Positions 11,806 through 32,286 of a stretch of DNA of 64,000 nt are shown one piece after another; within the stretch, counting starts at the first letter, position 1; every line of letters begins with the position of its first letter. The notes beneath the pieces were generated by a model, which was not told the origin of the DNA, did no database searches, and saw only the letters and a list, made by a program, of their open reading frames with translations. The DNA is from Tubiluchus corallicola (Eukaryota; Animalia; Priapulida): positions 19,271 through 83,270 of the forward strand of contig JAQGDQ010000891.1 in NCBI GenBank assembly GCA_030141605.1, read 5' to 3'. The translations under genes and the position numbers were made by a program.

Positions 11806-12750
11806 TTATAGTGTTGTAAAGCCAGCCTCTCCTGATTTACATTTTATAACCTTGATGAATGCTTGGCGGAAATGTTTGTGCTTCCAAGCGTAGATCAAAG
11901 GGTTCACCACCGAACCTAATAGAATCATGAGATAGCTCATGTATTCCAGATGAAAATATTTTGTACTATCTACTAGAGACTGCGGTTTCAACACTAGCCT
12001 AGTACCAATTACGTTAAACGGTACCCAGCAGATCACATACATGCCAACAACAATGAACATAACCTTTGCAGTTTTTAAGTTATATCTCATACTGCACGTA
12101 TCCTCCGTAAAGTGGAAAATTTGTCGCTGTTGGTAAGACGCCACGACCATTATTTTTGTATACGCGTAGCACAACAATCCTATTGAAATAATTCCATGCA
12201 CGTAAGAAACAATGAGACCTTTTGCGTCAATTACATTGTAAAATGAACAATGAATTGCACTTGAAGATGTTGCGCGGTGTCTGTACAAACTCGTAAAAGA
12301 TATGAAAGCTGACAAGAGCCATATGACGATAACAGCAGACACGATTGTTGAGAATTTTACAATACTGGGGTATCGAAGTGGGTAGATTATTGCAATGTAT
12401 CGCTCTGCAGTAATTGCTAGGAGTGTATTCACTGACGCTGCAGCACAAGTCACAGCGCATATAGCCAAAGTAACACATGCCGTTGAGGAAACTGGTGAAT
12501 TAGACATCAAAGCTAACTCCGTGTAGACGAGTAAGATGAGACCAATGAGTAAGTCTGATACGGAGAGGTTTACAACAAGCCAATTCAAGTTGTTTTGTAG
12601 TTTTTTGAACTTGACAACGGACACGACGACTAGCAAATTCAGAATAAAAATGCACGAAGCAATAAAGAGAAAGAGAAATTTGTAACAGATCATGTAGGTG
12701 TCAACAATAGTCTCAAAATGTGCTACACTGATGTTGACGTTATTTTTCAT
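11806..12750 (-). CDS. Intronless rhodopsin-like (class A) GPCR, adenosine-receptor-like orphan
   Basis: Seven hydrophobic segments with NLSVSDLL (TM2), C3.25 and ERY (TM3), W4.50, CWVPF (TM6), NPLIY (TM7) and helix 8 FRQAF. First ATG at 12750; the ORF track starts at an upstream GTG. Confidence 0.9.
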   Translation of the reverse strand: MKNNVNISVAHFETIVDTYMICYKFLFLFIASCIFILNLLVVVSVVKFKKLQNNLNWLVVNLSVSDLLIGLILLVYTELALMSNSPVSSTACVTLAICAVTCAAASVNTLLAITAERYIAIIYPLRYPSIVKFSTIVSAVIVIWLLSAFISFTSLYRHRATSSSAIHCSFYNVIDAKGLIVSYVHGIISIGLLCYAYTKIMVVASYQQRQIFHFTEDTCSMRYNLKTAKVMFIVVGMYVICWVPFNVIGTRLVLKPQSLVDSTKYFHLEYMSYLMILLGSVVNPLIYAWKHKHFRQAFIKVIKCKSGEAGFTTL

Positions 12751-13198
12751 TATCACTGTTAGCACTTAATGTACAGGACTCAGGTAATAGATATATAATG
12801 GTCGAGCTAATAGTATGATTCTTATACGTTAAAAAGTTCACAATAAACAATAACAGTGTAATATGGTATAATACTAACACGTCTATCACGATTTTCAGAA
12901 TGACTTTAATCGGTTAGGATGTTCGTTGCTTTGTTTACTAAATAATCATTCATTCCAATTACCTAATGGAATGTATAATGGATTTGGTTAAATAACAAAC
13001 ACCGTGAAACAACTAATGTACAAACACATTTACTTCACTTTTAGGAAATTACCAAGGTTCAAACATATTTAAACTGTCACATTTGTTGTGCATTATGCAG
13101 CGTAACAATTAGTTTTGTTATGTTATGCCTTTTAATTCTTATAAAGACAAAATGCATTATTGCAACATTTGTCGACCGTCATATCAGGGAAGTTTCAA

Positions 13199-13830
13199 CA
13201 GGGGCGTAGCCAGGTTCTAAAGTTAGGGGGAGCAAGCACCTAAAAAAGGCGCTTTAGGTGACACATACCAAACAATTTTTAACGCATTGACTATACGCAG
13301 GGTGCATAAGATTATGGATATGTATAAAATAAATAAAATAGCTTATTTTATGGATTTTTGAAATTTTATTTTATGGATATCAATAAAATAAGAAATGGAC
13401 TATATCTGGAACGAGATGCCCAGGGGGAAATCAATTAAAGAGTAAAGACAGGAGGCTTGAAACGTGTTTTTAAACACGCAGGACTTAGTTTTAATTTTAT
13501 CAGTTTCATATCCCTTCAAATTTATGGATTTTCCAAATTTTATTTTATGGATTTTTGGTCTTATTTTATGGATATCCATAATCTTATGCAGCCTGACTAT
13601 ACGTTTTAATTTTGTGTTTGTTTGAAATGAAAACACAAAAAAGATACGGGTTTAAAGGCAGTACGCAATTGTTATTTTTTTTTAAATTAAAAAAAGTTTT
13701 ACAGTAAGCTCATAAATCTCAAAACATAATAAAAACGTGTTGAAATTAGTCTTAATAATTATTGAAAAGGCAGGAATTTTGAAAAATGTGCCCGAGGGAG
13801 CGGTTGCTCCCCCAACTAGATACGCCACTG
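13199..13830. mobile_element. hAT-like MITE (CAGGGGCGTA...TACGCCACTG) hosting a nested MITE
   Basis: Imperfect TIRs; degenerate 8-bp flanks agtttcaa/actgtcaa. Confidence 0.65.
13298..13595. mobile_element. hAT-type MITE family E, nested insertion
   Basis: TIR CAGG[G/C]TGCATAAGATTATGGATAT; perfect TSD actatacg; longer copy at 45014-45541. Confidence 0.88.
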
Positions 13831-14146
13831 ACTGTCAAATGCATATTTAGCAGGCAGATTCATCTGAGAATAACACACGTATCTATTTCAGTCGTGTGTA
13901 ATTGCTTTCTGTTTCCCTTAGTTTAAAGTATAGGCACAATATATGTGCTTTAATCAAAATGAAATGAATAACAAACAAGTTTCGAGTCCAGATACAACCG
14001 TTCCAATACGTTTAGTAGGTTGTCACCGAATGCCTGCATGTAGACTATAGCATGTAGAGTGCAAAACTGTATATAAAATGTTAGCAATCCAAATTTAAAG
14101 TAGTCCAATCGGATTATCTAAATAAAGAACTCAAAGATCTTTAAAT

Positions 14147-14646
14147 CAGGGGTGTGCAAATTGCGGCCCGGGGGCCACTTGCGACCCGCCGAGACAATTT
14201 GTGCAGCCCGCGAAGAGGTTTGTCAACCTAATGAAAGTGCGGCCCGGGCGATTAATTGAGTGTATCCAGCTGAAGTCCGTGCCACAATCCCAAAGATAGT
14301 GCGGGTAGTTTTTTCTACTAGATCGGATTCCATTAACCCTTACAAGATGGTTGTAGCTTAATGTCACTGTACTACACAGACTGTGTGATACACATTACTA
14401 ATATGCATTGTAATGAAATTACCACTATCTGTCCTGAAAGTAGAAATATATGGTTTGTAATATAAATTTTAATAACTTCTAAAATAGTTTCTTGAGTGTA
14501 GTAGTGATGATGTACGCAGGTCGGATGCAAAAAAATCGTTATTAGGCCTTTCTGTACTTGGCTCCTTGATCAAACTGCATGTGGCCCACAGGAATTGCAG
14601 GAAAGTTTAATGTGGCCTGGCTAGTCAGATAATTTGCACACCCCTG
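14147..14646. mobile_element. hAT (Buster/Charlie-type) MITE family A, copy 1
   Basis: TIR CAGGGGTGTGCAAA; perfect 8-bp TSD ctttaaat; about 500 bp; six copies in the window. Confidence 0.9.
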
Positions 14647-14924
14647 CTTTAAATCATTAGTTTTTTACACAACCATTTTGGAAATAACGAGCAAGGCAAG
14701 CCTTAGATAAAACGTCTTCAATTTATTACATCTACATAATGGTTTCACCGTATTTACACTTTAAAATGTGAATGAATGCTTGTCTAAAATGCTTAATTAT
14801 GTTTCCAAGCATAAATTAAAGGAATTCAACACAGAATTTAGCCAAAGCATTATAAAACAGAAATTTCCCATATAAAATTCATACAAGAAATTTAAAATAA
14901 GACAGTTTTCTTAATGTTTTGACG

Positions 14925-15092
14925 CCTAAGATGGTAGGTTAGGTTATGTGGGCGTGACTATGAAGGCCTAAGATGGTAGGTTAAGTTAAGTGGGCGTGAC
15001 TATGAAGGCCTTAGATGGTAGGTTAGATTATGTGGGCGTGACTATGAAGACCTAAGATGGTAGGTTAGGTTATGTGAGCGTGACTATGAAGA
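14925..15092. repeat. 42-bp minisatellite, about 4 units
   Basis: cctaagatggtaggttaggttatgtgggcgtgactatgaagg repeated. Confidence 0.9.
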
Positions 15093-15267
15093 CACGCTGT
15101 TGGGCCTGGCTAAAGATGTTTGGTCATGAGCAAGTGGTCGGGTCCCAGTCAAAAGTTCCCGAGATGACGTAGTACCGCAAAGTACCCGAAGCGTACTGTT
15201 TTAAAAAACATGTTACAACAGTCGTTTCCTCTAATGATTTTACAAACATAACACGAGCCCATATTCT

Positions 15268-15321
<54 letters not shown>

Positions 15322-15349
15322 CAGTAGCAGTAGCAGTAGCAGTAGCAGT

Positions 15350-15393
<44 letters not shown>

Positions 15394-15395
15394 CA

Positions 15396-15447
<52 letters not shown>

Positions 15448-15500
15448 TAATAATAATAATAACAACAACAATAATAATAATAATAATAGTAATGATAATA
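15268..15500. repeat. Compound trinucleotide microsatellite (TAG)n(TAGCAG)n(CAG)n(TAA)n
   Basis: Direct reading; contiguous with a SINE tail. Confidence 0.95.
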
Positions 15501-15898
15501 ATTTTTATTTAAAGTCGGCTTTTGGATAAACATAAAGTTTAAAGAGCTACTTGCCGACTACAAATAACAATTATACAAGTACATAACAAAGACTATTATT
15601 ACCCCAATTTTACACCAGGCGCCAGGCAGGTCAACAGCAGGTATCATCACACTCTTTGGCACGACCCGGCCGCTATATCGAACTCATGACCTCCCAGACA
15701 GAAAACGGACACGTTACCAACCTACAACTACATAACAGAGACTATTATTACCCCACTTTTACCCTAAATACCACGCATCAGGCAGGGCAACAACCGGTAC
15801 CATTTTTAAAGTCCTTGGTACGACCCGGCCGCTGGTTCGAACTCACGACCTCCCAGACGGAAAGCAGATGCATTACCACTAGACTAAACCATCTGGTC
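15490..15898 (-). mobile_element. Same tRNA-SINE with a partially duplicated body; its tail merges into the 15268-15500 microsatellite
   Basis: Homology to 32412-32692; the B-box/core segment is present twice (about 15580-15720 and 15720-15898). Confidence 0.78.
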
Positions 15899-16640
15899 AA
15901 AACTGTTAACAAACTACCTAATAAAACTGTACGTCACTTTGGCAAAAATTGACAATTACTAATAAATAACAAATAACGAAAAGGTTTCTTTTGAATCATT
16001 TATTTTCAAGAAATCGTACCAGGTGTAGAGCGCTTTGCCTCACTATATTGTGCGAGTTGCTTTTGATTATGATTCTGCAATGTATTTGCAATGAGTGTAG
16101 CCAGCAAACATTTGTTTACAATGATACAAATGAAAGTTGCTTAGTACATGTGCATACACAATCATTACCAAAACTGGCTAATTGCAGATGCTGAATCATT
16201 GCTAAACGTCTCTACGTCTAGAAAGCAGAAAAATCTTTCACCGCAATCGATGTGTTGAAAAGTAGAGAAAGCCAAAGTAATCAAAAGAGTTGACATTGCA
16301 AATTTTCTTGGCTATGCATAAAAAGAAATAATAATAAAACAAAACTGACTTCAAGTACTTTTTTACGACCATGTTAGCAGTATCCTTTTAAATAAGAAGT
16401 TTTTTATTTACCTACAAAATGGGCCTAGTGAGTACCAGACCCTGCCAGTCACTTATCCATTCACTTGCCAACCTCAGCACCGCTTAATCTCGGTGGCCAA
16501 CTACATGCTGTGATTACTTCACTTAGCATGAGAATGTAGCTTTAACTAACAACTTGCACAATATGTAAGTTAATCAATACCTTAAAATTAATCAAAATAA
16601 TACGCCGTTCTACCCTTATAACTGTTAGTACATCATTTAA

Positions 16641-17100
16641 CCCTTTCATACCCATTGTATCCCGTGGGATACGAGAATATTTTCTGCCTTAAAATTTAAT
16701 AAAATTTTAAAACTGAGAGTTATTTGATCTGTTAATAGTTATTTTGATTTAAGCCAATAACAGTAAACTAAAAATGGTGATAAAATGGCAAACTAGAAAA
16801 TCTACATAGCACAAAAAACTGCTCAAGGTACAGTACTTTAGAGACGACTTTGTACAGATCAGCATAGCGAGCATACTAAACGTCTTAAATACTTTAAAAA
16901 ATTATCAGCAGTTGCAAAATGAAGCACATTTTATGCTTCCATTGAATCCCAATGTATCCCGTGGGATACAGGCTATATTTAGCACGCGGGCACAGGTAGA
17001 AAAAAATAATTATTATGTGTAAACAAGATGGACATACTGAACAAAAGTACCAAGCCAAAAATCTTTTTCTTATTAAAAAAATAATTTGGGACTGAAAGGG
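16641..17100. mobile_element. piggyBac-type MITE family B, copy 1
   Basis: TTAA flanks, TIR CCCTTTCA, two internal GTATCCCGTGGGATAC hairpins; related copies at 36512, 43834 and 52071. Confidence 0.85.
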
Positions 17101-17512
17101 TTAACTTTTATAAAATTTTACAAATATAATTTCTGTCTGGATGATTTGTGTCATGCATTTTTTTGCTTATCCTTTGCAAAAAACATGGCAGATTATCACT
17201 GCAGCAGCAGCAATTTGTTTGAGAGTGAATTATATAAACGTCTTCGGCAATTTTTTGATATGGATGTCTTCAAGTTAAGTCAAAAATCAAGATTCATGAT
17301 TGTTGATCAGCACAAACAATAAGTAGCAAATTCTTGCAAAAAAAATTAAAAACAATCGCTGTAACTTTGCACTAGGATTCTTTTACACCTCACATAATTG
17401 CGACTCAACCAATAGCATGCGTAATCTGTTATCACAATCAACTTTCACCAATAAGTGAAGTAATGTGCTACATTTTTTCCCCACTTCACCATATTTCACC
17501 ATTCGTCCATTT

Positions 17513-28027
<10,515 letters not shown>

Positions 28028-29639
28028 TGTAAAACTGGAATGTTCAAACTTCAAACAATTTGTCTTCTGAAAAGCATTACGGTAATGAAGTATTAAATAC
28101 CAAATGTATTTTTATAGCAATGAGCTAGAAAAAAGTTTCTAGCAAAAATGCAGTTATGAGCAAATAAACTAAAAAAAGTATTTGATAAATTAGGTTTTCC
28201 CATACTTCCAGGGTTTTTCCCAGACATTCTCTCCTTTTCACAGTAAAAGCCAGGAGGGTGTTTCATTTATCTAAATGGATAGGTGACAGGATGGACGACA
28301 GGCAATGATCTTGGATTTGGCTTCTTACTGTCATCCATGGCACACAGAGATAGACATAACCTTCATCTTCATCAATACTGTTTACTTTTACTCATCTATA
28401 AAATGTATATACTTATTTTTGTGTTTGATGATAAATAAGCAAATAAATAATTATGTCCGAAATTTGCCCAAGCTCGTAAATAAACGAATGCAAACCATGA
28501 AACAGTTTTTGTCTAGCAGTTGTAGTTTTATCTTCAACCGAAAAGGGTGTTACAAATGCGAATTCATAGATATCTATATTGCGTAATCCCTAGATAGAAA
28601 GCGCACAACACTTCGTCATATTACGGTAAGCGAGTCATGCTTTATTACTATAGCGTAAACAGAAGCATACTACAAATAAAGCAAACAAACTATTAATTGG
28701 TAGCTTATGCGACATACAGCACTATATCAAAGCTAACAATTTGCAAGGCAATAAAAGGAGACTAACTAATATTTACAGTGCAACTATTATATCATGAAGA
28801 AAAATGGTACCGAAGAAAAACGGTACGGTTACAGGCTGTATAATGCCATATCACCATTTTCATGAAGTGGGTATGTACTTTTCAATGATGTGTAGGACAC
28901 ATGGTCAAACGCCGTATGTCGTAAAAATTGTCAAAATCCGTATGTTTTGTAAATGTCACAAGAAGCACGGATCCGTATTTGTTGCAAAAACAGCTACCAA
29001 TACGGATCCGTATCGCAGATAAAAACGAGTACGGGTCCGTACCTCCAGCTACTGCCTTCGTTGAAAGTGATTCGTTAAATTCGTTGAAAGTGATTAAGGA
29101 CAATTGGCTAAGCCTATGAAGTGTGATAAATAAATTATCTCATGAATTACAATTGTAAGCAGCTTTCAGCCAAAACAATCTGCAAAGATAATGACTTCTA
29201 GTAAAAAAAGGATAAAATAAACACGAATAAACTGATTTACACGGGTACAACTTTTTTGTCGTCACGTGAGTGCCGGCATCCACACCAATATGCACTATCT
29301 TTAACACCGATCTTACGTTGAAAGCAAAAGTCAAAACTCACCTTTACCTCATCATTGCAGCTACCTCCATCATCTGGTCTATTATTGTGGCTTTAATTTT
29401 GGTAGCTATTGTGTAAGGAACACAAAACTGGGTTATACACTTAATCTCTACACAACTTTTTTGTTGCGCCCGCACTTTAACTACAATGACTATAATGATT
29501 TGATAGTTATAATACACATACGTAGAGCAAAAACATGGGCATCTATAACTAAGGGGATTAGTATCATGCTAGAACACGCAGTGATTGCATGTTTCTCATG
29601 AATCCAATCTGTATTTCGTTTTTAAATGGGATTAACATA

Positions 29640-30420
29640 CGGTTGTGTGGCCTCAGAAAACTGATTATAGTGATTGACTGTAACTGCTTCCATAGCCTAT
29701 TGAGGTAATTAAAACATCCCACAAGTCAACTATCCTATGGCAGGAAAAGCATTTTCTTAAATCCAGCTTAGCACTTTTTTGCCTTGCATCATCCTCTCGA
29801 GTTTCTTAAATGTGAAGAAGTTTCCAACATCCACATTAGCAGTTCTTTTAATGACTGAAAACTTGTATTAAATCAGCACGTGTCCTTCTAGTTAATAGTG
29901 CATGCAGACCTAGACTCTTTAGTCACTGCCAATATGGAACATTCTTTAAATCTTCAATCATTTTTGTAGCCCTCCTTTGAGCACCCTCGATCAAACATAT
30001 TATCTTTAATAAGGTACAGATTCCAAACAGGACTAGCGTGTTCCTTAATTGGATGGACTTTGGATTTATACAGCGTGATGAGTATGTTTGAATTTTTTAT
30101 GAATAATGAATGTTCTGTTTAGCATACCAAGTATCATGTTTGCTTTTTTGACTTTTATGGAGATGAGCTTTGCAGGTTTTGCGTCAGATGATACAATGAC
30201 GCCTAAGTCAGTCTCTTCCTGAGCTATGTTTAATGAAGTGTTATTAAGCATATGATGTTGGTGTGGATTTGAGAACCCTATTGTGCATTAATTCACATTT
30301 ATGTTCATTGAATAACATTTGCCATTCTCATAAATATTAATAATATTCAGTTGTATTTTCAGTATTGTGCAAAAAGCGATTCACAGCGGCTGTACTAATA
30401 TTTCTATCAGCTTTTGTACA
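29640..30420 (-). mobile_element. Decayed CR1-clade LINE 3' fragment
   Basis: Frame-broken peptide EETDLGVIVSSD.KP....KVKKANMILGMLNRTF, typical of the CR1 RT C-terminal region. Confidence 0.7.
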
Positions 30421-32286
30421 TCCACATAAAGGAGAAAACCTACTTGCTATTTGCTACTAACATCAACTTAGTTGAACTTACACATACTAGGAGGTATCAA
30501 TAAACTAAACCGACTCGCGGAGACTGTATTAAGAAGATTTTTTCTTTTGCTGGTCCAGCAGCCTGCTCTATTAGTAATAGGTCGGTCTTACTGTCTTTTA
30601 TTTACAGAAACATTTAGTTATTTATTAACTGTATTTAGGAAATATAATTATATGATGTAACCAAAGCTGGAATTTCTTCTACAAACTCAGAAAACCACAC
30701 CACATTTTCATTCTACTGCTGTATCAAAACTAGGTAAAAAGCATTAGGCTATATGACCTACCTAGGCTATACTTAGGCTAGCTGGTCTATTCTATGGGAC
30801 TCATAAGACTACTGACAGTACTGTGTTGTACTGTTATAGAATCTGGTTACTCTATCGTTTTAACGCTCCCGGCCAACAGGGAAAAGGTCGACATTTGGGT
30901 TGACAAATCTTTTCGGGCCAGTGTATGCGAAAAAGCTGACCTTTGATTCGAGTTTGCTATCTATTTCTCAATTTTGTACACCGCCTGAAACTTTTGTTTT
31001 CAGCTCACAACTTTTAATTGTTTAATTATGGCTAGGTGTAATTGTTGGTTCTTGTTATGTCATACTGTTCTCAATGCTGACATTGTATTTTGTGAAATAC
31101 TGAAAATCTCATTAGGCTTATTACAGTAATAATTATTTATGATTGGCAGAGTATTACAATAAGAAAACTTGAAATCACACGACCTTTGATGGTCCCTGGA
31201 TTGACCTATTTAGGATTTATCCGACATTGTAATGTCACTAATGGTCCTGAAGCACCGGAACTGCACAAATTTCGCCAAAATAAACCATTTATCTAACACT
31301 GTACAGAAGTTTTATAGAAGCAGACGCTTCAGCTTAAAGTGTTAACGTACAGCTGACTCCAACCGGGACACCCAGATTGGGCAGAAGCTAGCAATAAATA
31401 GTAATGCCTACGTCACAAGTAGGATGTAACCAGTGTGACAGAGGGGAGTGTTGGCACAATTGAAGCCGTAGTGCTCTTTCAACATTTTGAGTCGACAGAT
31501 TTTCAGTATCATTTGGCATGTAGTTGTGCATGTATTACATGTGTTACACAGTTTTAGGTTGCAAGAAATTTAAGATTACGATGTAGAACAGACTTGCTAC
31601 TTTCTAATAACTTTCTTTCGATTGAATGAAGCAAAACAAGTCATTTATTTCACATTACACATTTACAATGGTTACATACACAATATCTAGTGAAAGGGCC
31701 TACAATGAACATAATACAAATAAGAAATACTGCACAGGAAAAGGCTCAAACACTGTTCACTTATACACGAAGGTAAATGTGTTGCGGCCAATCAAAAAGC
31801 AGGGCTTGTTAGATTGTCCCACACAGTGATAGAAAAAAAATAATGGAAATAATCTGAAAATTTAAAGTGAATTGTGATAAAAAAACATTAGTACTTAAAA
31901 TAGAATGATGTAATGAATGAAGCTCATGTATGGGATGATATAAAAGATAGAAAGACTATTATTTGTTAATAGTATGTAAAATTAAGATGACTTGATTAAA
32001 CTAACACCACTGTTTTGCAACTACTATGAGGATGGATACTGATAGAAATTTTTGATTACTTGCTGATACTTACTTAAAATGTGATTTTTTAGCATTTTTT
32101 TAAATCTAGTAATAGATCTGCTATTTTTTGCGGATTGACAAATCTCATTCCAGACTTTTTGTTCCTTGATATATTATAAAATGTTGTTGCTTTCAAAGTT
32201 GAAATGTAACTGCATTTATAATGTAAGTGATTTTCTTTTTCTTATGTTTCAAGTTGCAATATTTAAGCTGAGTCAGTAAATTGATC

